A stretch of DNA of 64,000 bases from a bacterium (GCA_043801585.1 JAZDLX010000200.1:4684-68683), one strand, 5' to 3'; counted from the first letter of the stretch, positions 51,682 through 61,373 are shown. The notes: a model not told the origin generated them from the sequence alone. A program made the numbers and translations.

Positions 51682-52591
51682 ACACCCAGAACCTTTCGTT
51701 GATCCCTCGATTGGAGATGTAGAAGAACTTCAAAAACGCGTGCGCTCAACCATCGAGGGAGTGACGGACCTTCCGACACTTCCAGGTGTGGTGATGAAGG
51801 TGGTCCAGCTCGCCGCGGACGAGAACGTGTCTGCGCGGCAGCTGAAGGAAGTTATTGTCACCGATCCTCCGCTGAGTGCGAAAGTCCTGAAAGCAGCGAA
51901 TTCCGCTTTTTTCGCGAGGCGTGAAAAGACGGAAAACCTGGACCAGGCGATCGTCACAATCGGTCTGAACGAGCTGATCAATCTCTGTGTTTCCACTGGC
52001 ATGATCGAGACGCTTGAGAGCTGGGAAGAGAAACAGCTTCATCGCGCCGACATCTGGAAGCATTCTCTGGCCACCGCCTTCCTGGCGAAGAGTCTCGGTC
52101 TGCGAAAGGATATGCAGCGGCCGGGATCTCCCGATCTGTTTCTCTGCGGGCTGCTGCACAACATCGGATGGATTGTCATCGATCAATTCTTCCGAAGTGA
52201 ATTGAAAGCCCTGCTGAAAACAGCCGCCGAAGTGGGAGAGTGGCGTCTCGAATACGAACAGCGCTACCTCGGGTTGAACCACGCGGAAATCGGCGCCCTT
52301 TTCCTGAGGAAATGGGGATTACCCGATGCCATCGCACATGTGATCGAGTACCACCACACGCCTGACAACACGAAAGAACATGCTGCGGAAGCGGCGTTGA
52401 TCGGACTCGCTGCGACCTTGTCTCCCTTCGAGTTTTTCCCCAACATCCATGTCAACACGATCAGCGATCACATCCCACACCTTTTGCAGCACACCGAGGG
52501 GGAAGCCGCCATACGAGAAATGCGGCAGCGGTATGAAGCAAACATTAAACAGGCGAAGGTGATGACGGAACGGATGATGTCCTGGCTGTAG
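51674..52591 (+). CDS. HDOD domain protein
   Basis: LPTLP, DPPLSAKVLKAANS, WKHS, GLLHNIG (HD changed to HN), HAEIG..KWGLP, YHH. Confidence 0.92.
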   Translation: MNEHPEPFVDPSIGDVEELQKRVRSTIEGVTDLPTLPGVVMKVVQLAADENVSARQLKEVIVTDPPLSAKVLKAANSAFFARREKTENLDQAIVTIGLNELINLCVSTGMIETLESWEEKQLHRADIWKHSLATAFLAKSLGLRKDMQRPGSPDLFLCGLLHNIGWIVIDQFFRSELKALLKTAAEVGEWRLEYEQRYLGLNHAEIGALFLRKWGLPDAIAHVIEYHHTPDNTKEHAAEAALIGLAATLSPFEFFPNIHVNTISDHIPHLLQHTEGEAAIREMRQRYEANIKQAKVMTERMMSWL

Positions 52592-52625
52592 GTCCTGTTG
52601 CCGGGAGACCCGGTCTGTCGTTTGC

Positions 52626-52654
52626 TTGACAAGATTCTCGATCGCCTCTATATT
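52626..52654 (+). promoter_or_regulatory. tRNA-Leu promoter
   Basis: TTGACA-17 bp-TATATT(TG). Confidence 0.75.
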
Positions 52655-52675
52655 TGCCGTCCGCATTACTGTTGC

Positions 52676-52759
52676 GCCGGAGTGGTGGAATTGGTAGACG
52701 CGCTGGTTTCAGGGACCAGTGTCCTTCGGGACGTGAGGGTTCGAGTCCCTCCTTCGGCA
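52676..52759 (+). tRNA. tRNA-Leu (CAG), CCA not encoded
   Basis: Acceptor stem GCCGGAG/CTTCGGC, D-loop GGAATTGGTAGAC, anticodon arm CTGGT-TTCAGGG-ACCAG, long variable arm, GGTTCGAGTCC. Confidence 0.97.
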
Positions 52760-52839
52760 CCCGCAGCGCCTTTCCAGAGGATGGAATGGCGTTTTGTTCT
52801 TTTTGTAGTACCTCGAGAGTCATCACTCGCCAACTTCCC

Positions 52840-52868
52840 TTGTGTCAACCTTCAGACGGACATAGTTT
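52840..52868 (+). promoter_or_regulatory. Putative tetR-RND operon promoter
   Basis: TTGTGT-17 bp-TAGTTT followed by an imperfect palindrome. Confidence 0.5.
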
Positions 52869-52905
52869 ACCGAACGTTTGAACAATTCATTCGAATGGTA
52901 GATAT

Positions 52906-53496
52906 ATGGCGAAAGAGGAACGCATTCAGGAACTGATCGATGCAGCGCGTGATCTATTCCTGCGTTTTGGTTACAAGAAGGCGACGCTTGACGATCTGGC
53001 GGACATCGTCGGGATGACGAAAAGTTCGCTTTACCACTATTTCAAAAGTAAAGAAGATCTGTTCAGGAAAGTCGCAACCGAGCTGTTTCACCGTGACCTG
53101 ACATTGATGGAACAGACACTCGCGAATTCGACGACTGTCAACGAAGCACTCGTCAAACTGCAAAAACGAATGCGGGAACGGGTGGCCCAAGTCGATCCGA
53201 ATGCGACCGAATTGATCGGCGAGATGAACAGCATCTATCCACTGGTCCGCAATTCCTATGAGAAAACTCATGCTCAGTTCATTGAACTCTTGAAGTCCCG
53301 GCTCGATCGAGCGGTCGAAGAAGGTGAATTGCGCCCATTAGAGACAAGGGAGTTCGCGATAATTCTGCTGATGCTGCTGAAGAATTCCCTTATTTTCCGC
53401 AGCAAAATGAAAGCGATGCACGAGATAGCGGTGAACTGGGAACACTATGTCGATGTTCTTCTTGCTCCTTACCGCCTGCGTCCAGTTTCAAGGTGA
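52906..53496 (+). CDS. TetR/AcrR family regulator
   Basis: AARDLFLRFGYKKATLDDLADIVGMTKSSLYHYFKSKEDLF. Confidence 0.95.
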   Translation: MAKEERIQELIDAARDLFLRFGYKKATLDDLADIVGMTKSSLYHYFKSKEDLFRKVATELFHRDLTLMEQTLANSTTVNEALVKLQKRMRERVAQVDPNATELIGEMNSIYPLVRNSYEKTHAQFIELLKSRLDRAVEEGELRPLETREFAIILLMLLKNSLIFRSKMKAMHEIAVNWEHYVDVLLAPYRLRPVSR

Positions 53497-53539
53497 TGAC
53501 AAACTGTTAAACATTTACGATAAGGGTTGTGAGACGCAC

Positions 53540-54961
53540 ATGATGAGGATTCCTGCAAAGCGAAAATCACTGCCCATGATCGCGATCCTGTTCATGGGTA
53601 CGTTCATCGCCGCACCACCGTTGATCGCCCAGGTTCCATCCGTCCAGGACACTCTCGTTCTCGATTGGAACGGCGCCTGGAAGATGGCGCTCGAACTCAA
53701 CGAATCGCTTGCGATCGTCCGCAACAACGAAACGGCCGCCAGCCAGAAGGTGCGTGAAGCCTACTCGGCGGCGATGCCGACTGTGGCTTTCAACGGAACC
53801 TTCAATCACTATTTTCAAGTCCCCTCGACGATCCTGAATCTGCCTGCTGCGTTCAGTTCCACCGGCCAGCCGGTACGGCTTAAAGCTCAGTTCGGCAGTG
53901 AAAATAACGTCGCGGCGAACATCCAGCTCACCCAACCGCTATGGCTCGCGGGCAAGGTTGGATTCGGACTGAAGGCGGCGAAAGCCTACAGGGAACTGAA
54001 CACTTACCAGGTGAAACTGGCACGCGATGATCTCCGCGTTCAACTGATGCAGACCTACTATGGCGCGATTCTGGCGAACCGTGGACTGGCTGTCGCCCGG
54101 GAAAGTCTGAAACAGGCGACGGATCATTCCGCTCAGGTTCAGCAGATGTACGACCAGGGAGTGGCGAGCGAATACGACCTGATCCGCGCCAAGGTTGCTG
54201 TCAGCAACCTGAAACCGAACGTAAGCCAGGCGGAAGCCAACCGTGATCTGGTCCGCAAGGCGCTGAAGAACCTGCTGGGCCTGGATGTCGATCGTCCGAT
54301 CAGGCTCACCGACAATCTCGAGGAGGCGATCGCACCGCCAACACTCGACTACGAGGACGCTTCTGCGACAGCCTTGAACCAGCGTGTCGAATTGCGGCAA
54401 CTGGACCTTCAGCAGCGCCTCTACGAAATCGAATACAAAGTGAACAAACGGAACGTTCTGTGGCCGAATCTGCTCGCTGGGCTTCGCTGGGAAACGTCAG
54501 CCCAAGCGTCGAACCTGAAGCTTGGGAAATACGAATTTCTCGGAGGATACGGCGGCCAGGTCATCCTGCAGATCCCGCTTTTCGACGGTTTCTCCAGCCA
54601 CTGGAAAGCGCAGCAATCGAAAGTGAACATACGAAATACACGTTTGCAGCGAACCCAGCTCGAGCGTGGCATCCGTCTGCAAGTTTTTGAAGCGTTAAGA
54701 ACATACCAGAGTTCCGCGGAAGAGCTGAGCGCCGCGAAAGAGAGCCTGATCCAGGCGGAAAAAGGATATGCCATTGCGGAAACACGCTACCGGAGTGGAG
54801 TGGGTACCCAACTCGAGGCGCTCGACGCGCAATTGCAGTTGAACGTCAGCCGGGTCAATCTCCTGCAGGCTCAGTACAACCTGCTGATCGCCCGTGCGAA
54901 TTTCGACCGTGCAAGCGGATCAACGTTTGTGGACAACGACAGTGACAGGGAATTGCGATGA
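53540..54961 (+). CDS. TolC family outer membrane protein
   Basis: Signal peptide; LTQPLW, QIPLFDG, RYRSGVGTQLE. Confidence 0.93.
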   Translation: MMRIPAKRKSLPMIAILFMGTFIAAPPLIAQVPSVQDTLVLDWNGAWKMALELNESLAIVRNNETAASQKVREAYSAAMPTVAFNGTFNHYFQVPSTILNLPAAFSSTGQPVRLKAQFGSENNVAANIQLTQPLWLAGKVGFGLKAAKAYRELNTYQVKLARDDLRVQLMQTYYGAILANRGLAVARESLKQATDHSAQVQQMYDQGVASEYDLIRAKVAVSNLKPNVSQAEANRDLVRKALKNLLGLDVDRPIRLTDNLEEAIAPPTLDYEDASATALNQRVELRQLDLQQRLYEIEYKVNKRNVLWPNLLAGLRWETSAQASNLKLGKYEFLGGYGGQVILQIPLFDGFSSHWKAQQSKVNIRNTRLQRTQLERGIRLQVFEALRTYQSSAEELSAAKESLIQAEKGYAIAETRYRSGVGTQLEALDAQLQLNVSRVNLLQAQYNLLIARANFDRASGSTFVDNDSDRELR

Positions 54962-56019
54962 AGAAGATTATCGGCATTGTCATCGGAGTGGTGATCGTCC
55001 TCTTTCTGGTTCTTGGGATCGCCCGCACCCGCCAGAAGGAAGAAGTGAAAAGCATTGCCAAGATTCAGCAGGCTGAAGGGATTCCTGTGTTCGCGATGAC
55101 CGTGGAACCCGGAAATGTCAAGAAAGTGCAGACCTACTACGGCACCGTTCGCTCCAAGGACCAGGCGCTGGTTGCCTCAAAACTGATGGAACGCATCGAG
55201 AAGATTTATGTGCATGAGGGGGATCGTGTTCAAAAGGGCGACAAGCTCGTCCGTTTTGACGCTTCCCACAGCGCCGCCATGGTCGCACAGGCGAAGCTTC
55301 AATACCAGAATGCGATGCGCGACTACCAGCGGATGAAGAAACTGCTCGAGGACGGCGCGATCAGCCAGCAGACCTTCGACCAGGTGAATCTCGGCTACGA
55401 GGTCGCAAAAGAGAATTATGAAACGGCCCAGAGCAGCGTGGAGGTGACCGCTCCGTTGAGCGGCATCGTCGCCCGTGTCAACTTCGCGGAAGGCGCGTTG
55501 GCGAACCCCGGCGACATCCTCGTTCAGATTGTCAATGACAACGCCTACGAGGTGCAGTTCGACGCCACGCAGGAGGACCGGGTGATGCTGAAACCGGGCC
55601 TGCAAGCCATTGTCCGTACCAAAGAAGGCAAGGGAATCATGGGACACCTGGCGAAGGTATCCTTTGCCACCGCGGAAGAGACACGGCTTTTCACCGCGTA
55701 CGTGGACATCCCAGGATCCGGGGATGTGTACCCCGGTGTTCTGGCAGCGGTGGATGTCGTGATCAGCGAACGAAAGGATGTGATCGCCGTCCCGATCGAG
55801 GCTCTACTTAGCAGAGGCAAGGGTCCCGAGCTGATTGTCATCGTGAACGGCATTGCGAATGTCCGCCCGGTGAAACTCGGCCTCGCGGGTAGCGCGAACG
55901 TGGAGATCCTTGATGGATTGAAGGCTGGGGAGACGATTGCGACCTACGGCCACGCATCCGTGGAACAGGGTCAGAAGGTCAGGATCATCCAGGAAGAGAA
56001 GACGGCAAACAACGGCTGA
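54958..56019 (+). CDS. RND periplasmic adaptor (MFP)
   Basis: N-terminal TM; VHEGDRVQKG, GAISQ, APLSGIV, VEILDGL. Confidence 0.93.
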   Translation: MKKIIGIVIGVVIVLFLVLGIARTRQKEEVKSIAKIQQAEGIPVFAMTVEPGNVKKVQTYYGTVRSKDQALVASKLMERIEKIYVHEGDRVQKGDKLVRFDASHSAAMVAQAKLQYQNAMRDYQRMKKLLEDGAISQQTFDQVNLGYEVAKENYETAQSSVEVTAPLSGIVARVNFAEGALANPGDILVQIVNDNAYEVQFDATQEDRVMLKPGLQAIVRTKEGKGIMGHLAKVSFATAEETRLFTAYVDIPGSGDVYPGVLAAVDVVISERKDVIAVPIEALLSRGKGPELIVIVNGIANVRPVKLGLAGSANVEILDGLKAGETIATYGHASVEQGQKVRIIQEEKTANNG

Positions 56020-56046
56020 CAGCCGATGTGACGAGGACAACAAACG

Positions 56047-59000
56047 ATGTTCCTATCCGATATATCGATCAAACGGCCCGTGCTGATGACGATGGTGGTT
56101 TTCGTTTTCGTCGTCGTCGGCCTCTTCTGCGTGGCCCAGATTGGGATCGACCTGTTCCCACGGATTGATTTTCCCTTCATCTCCATAGTAACTGTCTATC
56201 CGGGAGCGGGCCCAGAGGAAATCGAGACCCTGATCAACAAACCGCTAGAAGAAGAGGTCTCCTCGATCAGCGGCGTCAAAAACACTAATTCGATCGCTCA
56301 GGAGGGTGTGTCGGTTGTCCTTATCGAGTTGCAGCTCGGTGAGGATGTGAACATCGCTGCAATCGACGTCAAGGACAAGATCAGCGCGATCAGGATGAAT
56401 CTGCCGACCGACATTCAGGAACCGGTCGTCCAGAAATTTGAAATGGGCGCCATGGCGATCATCAGCCTGACTGTCTCCGGTGACCGTCCTATCGAGGATC
56501 TCTACCAGTTGGTGGACAAGACGATCAAACCGGAGATGCTCCGCATCAGCGGTTTGGCGAACGTCGAGATCGTTGGCGCCAAGGAACGCGAGATCCAGGT
56601 GATCCTGTCGACTCAGTTGATGAAGGCGTACGGCCTGAGTCCACTGCAGGTTGTGGGCGCCCTCGCCGCTGAAAACCTGACACTGCCGGCTGGTCGTATC
56701 GAACGGGGGAGAAGTGAGTACACGCTCCGTCTCGCTGGCGAGTTCGCGGACGTCGATGCGATTCGAGCGACACGGATCTCGACGCCATCCGGCCCGATCC
56801 GCCTTGACAGGATTGCGGAGGTGAAAGACGATTTTGCCGAGATGCGTGAACTCGCCAGGTTCAATTCCAAGCCGTCCATCGGCATGGACCTTGTGAAACA
56901 GACCGATGCAAACACCGTCCAGGTGGCAAATGGCGTTTATCGCGCTCTTGACAAAATCCGCCCGCTGCTGCCGCCCGGGGTATCAGTGGATATCGCTTCG
57001 GACCGCAGCCAGTTTATTCGGAATTCCGTGTCGGACGTACTCGGCAACCTGCTGCTGGGCATTCTCTTTACGGCGATCGTGCTGTTCCTGTTCCTGCACA
57101 ACTGGCGCAGCACCCTGATCGCCGCAGTGGCGATGCCGATCTCCATCATCTCGACGTTCACCCTGCTCGTCGCGGCGGACTTCACCTTGAACATGATGTC
57201 TTTGATGGGATTGGCGATTTCGGTGGGCATTCTCGTTGTCAACGCCATCGTCGTTCTCGAGAACATCGAACGGCTCGAAAAAGAGGGAATGAGCCAAAAG
57301 GAAGCCGCCGCGAAAGGCACGACGGAAATTGCCGTGGCGGTTGCCGCGGCGACCTTGACGAACATCGTGGTGTTCACCCCGATGGCCTTCATGCAGGGAA
57401 TGATCGGTCCGATCTTCCGCCAGTTCGGGTTGACCGTGGCCTTCGCCACCATCTTCAGCCTGCTGATCAGCTATACCCTGACACCGATGATGGCCAGCCG
57501 CCCGCTTCGAAAGGGCATGTACATCGTGGTTGGCGGTGTGATGATCGTCGCCGTCTGGGCGTTCCTCAGCCTTACCACAACGATCATCACCACCGTCGTT
57601 GTTCTGTTCACGCTCATGGCTCAGCGGCTTGGGTGGGCTGACCGGTTCGCCGCCTGGTGGGACAAGTGGTATGGCGAACTGGAGCATGACTACCGAATCG
57701 GTCTGCGCTGGACGTTGGACCACCGGAAAATCGTGTTTGCCGCCATAACGGCGCTGTTCCTCTTTGGACTGGTGCTCTTCGGTTTCATCGGAAGCGAATT
57801 TTTCCCTTCCTACGATGAACGTTATTTCTCCGCATCTGTGGAGATGCCGGCTGGATCGCGCATCGAAGAGACGAATCGCGTGCTCTACCACATCGAAGAA
57901 GTGGTGGCGAAGTACCCCGAAGTGAACACCATCTACACGTCTCTCGGGTTGAGCAGCTCCGGCGGTCTGGGGGGCGCCCAGGGTGTCCAATATGGCACGG
58001 TACTGGTCGCCTTGAAGCCCGTGGAAGAAGGAAACTACCCACCGACAAGCGAGGTGGTGAAGGATCTACGCACGAAACTCGCTGACATCCCGGCTGCCCA
58101 GATCGTTGTGGCTGAGGCGACCCAGTTCGGTGGTCGCGGCGGTGCAGACCTTCAGATCGAGTTGCAGGGCGAGAATATGAACGAACTCGCCGCCGCTTCG
58201 GACAGCGCGATTGAGATCATTCGTGGAACGGGCAACGCCGTCGATGTTCGCAGCGACTGGGTTGTCGGCAAACCGGAAGTTGTCGTCAAACCGGACCGCA
58301 TCCGGATGTCCGACCGTGGCATCAACGTGCAGAGTGTGGCCATGACCCTTCGCACCCTCTTCGAGGGTACCATAGCCACTCACTACCGCGAGGAAGGTGA
58401 CGAGTACGACGTCCGTGTTCAACTACAGGAGGAAGACCGCAACCGGATCGACCGGGTGGGAGACCTGCTGATTGCGACATCGACCGGATTCGTGCCATTG
58501 AAGGACATCGCCGACATCGAATACGGTACGGGACCGACGCAGGTGACACGCAAGAACAAACGGAGAATGGTCACGATTTCCGCGAACGTAGTCAACGTGA
58601 CCATTGGCGAAGTACAGCAGGAGATTGCCCGAGCGCTCGAACTCCCGCAGACACCGCCATCTCAGATCATGAAGGACATCTTTACCGGCAAGAGCAGCGC
58701 GGCGCCGAAACCCAGTCCCCGCCTGCCAAAAGGTGTGACAGTGTTTTTCGGTGGGCAGTCGGAGAGGATGTCGGAGTCGTTCTCGAGTCTGCTGCAGGCG
58801 CTGGTTCTCGCCATTATCCTGACCTATATGCTGCTTGCGGCAATCCTCGAGAGCTACCGGTTCCCGTTGATCATCATGATGACGCTGCCGCTCGCACTGA
58901 TCGGAGTCTCGATGAGCCTGGTGATTACGGGAAAATCCATCTCGATCATCGCAATGATGTCGATCATCATGCTCGTTGGAATTGTCGTGAACAACGGCAT

Positions 59001-59307
59001 CCTGCTGATCGACTACACACAGTTGCTGCGGAGTAAGGGCAAGGGATTGAAAGACGCAATCCTGACCGCCTGTCCAATACGCCTGCGGCCGATCATCATG
59101 TCCACCCTGGCCACCTCGCTCGGAATGCTACCGCTGGCGCTCGGTCTCGGCGCCGGTGGCGAAATTCGAGCCCCGATGGCGATTGTCGCTATCGGAGGCC
59201 TGGTTGTGTCGACGGCGTTGACGCTCTTCCTGATTCCCGTCATGCTCGCCGCCATGGAAGCGAAGGGAGAGGAGAAACGGCTGCAACGCGGTGAAATCAC
59301 GTTGTAA
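56047..59307 (+). CDS. AcrB/MdtB-like RND permease
   Basis: SIKRPV, YPGAGPEEIE, FTLNMMSL, SYTLTPM, RLRPIIM, PLAL, PMAIVAIGGL. Confidence 0.95.
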   Translation: MFLSDISIKRPVLMTMVVFVFVVVGLFCVAQIGIDLFPRIDFPFISIVTVYPGAGPEEIETLINKPLEEEVSSISGVKNTNSIAQEGVSVVLIELQLGEDVNIAAIDVKDKISAIRMNLPTDIQEPVVQKFEMGAMAIISLTVSGDRPIEDLYQLVDKTIKPEMLRISGLANVEIVGAKEREIQVILSTQLMKAYGLSPLQVVGALAAENLTLPAGRIERGRSEYTLRLAGEFADVDAIRATRISTPSGPIRLDRIAEVKDDFAEMRELARFNSKPSIGMDLVKQTDANTVQVANGVYRALDKIRPLLPPGVSVDIASDRSQFIRNSVSDVLGNLLLGILFTAIVLFLFLHNWRSTLIAAVAMPISIISTFTLLVAADFTLNMMSLMGLAISVGILVVNAIVVLENIERLEKEGMSQKEAAAKGTTEIAVAVAAATLTNIVVFTPMAFMQGMIGPIFRQFGLTVAFATIFSLLISYTLTPMMASRPLRKGMYIVVGGVMIVAVWAFLSLTTTIITTVVVLFTLMAQRLGWADRFAAWWDKWYGELEHDYRIGLRWTLDHRKIVFAAITALFLFGLVLFGFIGSEFFPSYDERYFSASVEMPAGSRIEETNRVLYHIEEVVAKYPEVNTIYTSLGLSSSGGLGGAQGVQYGTVLVALKPVEEGNYPPTSEVVKDLRTKLADIPAAQIVVAEATQFGGRGGADLQIELQGENMNELAAASDSAIEIIRGTGNAVDVRSDWVVGKPEVVVKPDRIRMSDRGINVQSVAMTLRTLFEGTIATHYREEGDEYDVRVQLQEEDRNRIDRVGDLLIATSTGFVPLKDIADIEYGTGPTQVTRKNKRRMVTISANVVNVTIGEVQQEIARALELPQTPPSQIMKDIFTGKSSAAPKPSPRLPKGVTVFFGGQSERMSESFSSLLQALVLAIILTYMLLAAILESYRFPLIIMMTLPLALIGVSMSLVITGKSISIIAMMSIIMLVGIVVNNGILLIDYTQLLRSKGKGLKDAILTACPIRLRPIIMSTLATSLGMLPLALGLGAGGEIRAPMAIVAIGGLVVSTALTLFLIPVMLAAMEAKGEEKRLQRGEITL

Positions 59308-59321
59308 CAACAGTTACTTAA

Positions 59322-59356
59322 ACAGAACCCCCGGCTTCCATCGTCGGGGGTTCTGT
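59322..59356. terminator. Bidirectional terminator after RND gene
   Basis: ACAGAACCCCCG...CGGGGGTTCTGT. Confidence 0.75.
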
Positions 59357-59382
59357 ATTTCAATATTGGACGGCGACTTCTG

Positions 59383-60129
59383 TCATGAACGCCGTGCCTT
59401 GCGTGAACGGGCCACACCACTTCCTTTTTTTCCGGTTCCCTCCCTGGGAGCCGGGTAGGTTTCCGCGTGCCACCACGTGTACAGGAAAAGCAGCACCCCC
59501 GGGATATATCCGAGCAGGAACACTCCCCAGTGGAAACGATCCGGTACGCCCTCCGTAAACGCCATCCTGAAATCAAGGATGAACGAGACGATGATGATAG
59601 CGCCAAACGCTATTTCGAGCGCCCAGAACAGACCCATCGGGTTCAACGGCCGGCGGCGATCCTCCTGCACGACGATCAGGATACCCGCTCCGATCATCGC
59701 CAGCGACACGAGCACCGGCGCGATCACCGGGCCTACCCAGGGCAGAGGAATCAGAAACAGCAGATCCCATGTGAGCAGCGATTCAGGCCATCCAAGCGAT
59801 ATTTTCAGTCCTACGTAATACACAATGTCCCAGAGCCCGAAGGAGAGCAGGAGGCAGGCGAACCGCTCCAGCGGTCGCCGCCCCGCCAGCACTCCCACAG
59901 TCACCAGCATTACAATCGTTGCCACCTCGCGCACCAGCTCGATCACCCCCACATTCCACGGAATCACTTTCAGCGGGAATGCGAAGCCTTCAGGGTAGAA
60001 GAGGAGCCGCATATAGACGACCACGGCTGCCTCGAGCCAGCCCATCGCCACCGCGAACAGGGCAACCCACAGCAGCCGTTTTTTCGTCTCCTGCTTCAGG
60101 TCCCGCAGGATCGTTGTCAGCGCTTTCAT
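59383..60129 (-). CDS. Conserved hypothetical integral membrane protein
   Basis: About 6 TM; AMGWLEAAVVVY, ELVREVAT, WDIVYY, WDLLFLIPLPW; probably leaderless (TATCTT 7 nt upstream). Confidence 0.8.
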   Translation of the reverse strand: MKALTTILRDLKQETKKRLLWVALFAVAMGWLEAAVVVYMRLLFYPEGFAFPLKVIPWNVGVIELVREVATIVMLVTVGVLAGRRPLERFACLLLSFGLWDIVYYVGLKISLGWPESLLTWDLLFLIPLPWVGPVIAPVLVSLAMIGAGILIVVQEDRRRPLNPMGLFWALEIAFGAIIIVSFILDFRMAFTEGVPDRFHWGVFLLGYIPGVLLFLYTWWHAETYPAPREGTGKKGSGVARSRKARRS

Positions 60130-60177
60130 AGCACTCAAGATAGGGCTTCCGAGAGGATTTCCAACCGTCATCTCTAC

Positions 60178-60206
60178 TGGACAACTGCACAAATGTTCAG
60201 TATCTT
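60178..60206 (+). promoter_or_regulatory. imuB-dnaE2 promoter with SOS-box-like site in the spacer
   Basis: TGGACA-17 bp-TATCTT; spacer holds TGCAC-AAAT-GTTCA (60186-60199). Confidence 0.6.
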
Positions 60207-60212
60207 GTCAGC

Positions 60213-61373
60213 ATGAAGAGCACCCATGTCGTATTGCGGATTCCTGGCTTTTACGCCAGCCTGGAAAAGGAGTTCCATCCAGCGATTGCCACCCGTCCGG
60301 TCGTCGTGTGCGCGGGAATCGGGCTTCGTGCGGTTGTCCTCTCCGGATGCCCTCTCGCGCTGCGAGCAGGTGTGCGTCCCGGCATGCGCCTCGCGGACAT
60401 CCAGATTCCCGATCTCGAGATTATCCCCGCTTCGGCGGGAAAATATACGGATGGCACCAATCGCGTTCTGCGTGCGCTCAGTGAAGAATTGCCGGAAGTA
60501 CGGGTTCTCCGCCCCGGGATTTTCGCAGCGCTGTGGGAGGGAGGCGTCCATTATCTCCCACACGCGCTGAAAGCAGCTCGCCTGCGTGTGGCAACTTCTG
60601 GATTTACAGGCTCATGGGGAGTCGCCTCGGAGCTCGCCTGCGCGGAGATTGCCGCACTGTACGCCCGCGAAGGAGAGACGAGAACTGTGCCGCCGGGCGA
60701 GGAGCGGGAGTTTCTCGATCCACTCCCACTCACTCTGCTGCCGGATCTTGGCCCGCGCCATCGAAGCACCCTGCAGGAGATGGGAGTACACACCTTCGGA
60801 GACCTCGCCAGGCTCCCGAAAACCGCGCTGCATCGCCTGTTCGGACCGGAAGGCCCACTCGTTCGCGAAATCGCCCTGAGTGGACATCGGCCGTCCCTGC
60901 GCCGTCAATGGCGGGGACTGCGCCGTCTTGGAGAAGACGCGGAGGATCCGGCGGTGCTCCACGCGGCGGTCGCGGATCTGACAGCGGACGGCGTTGGCGA
61001 GATTTACGCGTCGGGACACCGCCCCGGCACGCTGCTGCTCACCCTCATCTACGCTGATCGCCGGCGAACGACAGGCTCCATCCGTCCCGAGGGATTGCAG
61101 CACGAAGGACACTGGCAGGCTGTGGCACACCGTCTCGCCTCGGAACTTTGGAAGCGGAGGGTGCGCATCGGAGAAGTCCGTATGACCATCCTCTATGGGC
61201 GTCCCGAAACCCACCAGTTGGCGCTGTTTGTCCCGGAATACCAGCAGGAGCGGGACCATCTGCTGACCGTTGCCGTGCGGCGAATCCGTCAGCGCCTCGG
61301 CGGAATGGCGGTGCGTTTCGCCTCGTCGATGCAGCCGCGAGAACATCCCATCCCCAGCGAGAGCGAAACGTGA
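60213..61373 (+). CDS. ImuB-like inactive Y-family polymerase
   Basis: GFYASLE, GVRPGM, FLDPLP, GVHTFGDLA; catalytic Asp motifs absent; clamp motif QLALF; overlaps the dnaE2 start. Confidence 0.82.
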   Translation: MKSTHVVLRIPGFYASLEKEFHPAIATRPVVVCAGIGLRAVVLSGCPLALRAGVRPGMRLADIQIPDLEIIPASAGKYTDGTNRVLRALSEELPEVRVLRPGIFAALWEGGVHYLPHALKAARLRVATSGFTGSWGVASELACAEIAALYAREGETRTVPPGEEREFLDPLPLTLLPDLGPRHRSTLQEMGVHTFGDLARLPKTALHRLFGPEGPLVREIALSGHRPSLRRQWRGLRRLGEDAEDPAVLHAAVADLTADGVGEIYASGHRPGTLLLTLIYADRRRTTGSIRPEGLQHEGHWQAVAHRLASELWKRRVRIGEVRMTILYGRPETHQLALFVPEYQQERDHLLTVAVRRIRQRLGGMAVRFASSMQPREHPIPSESET

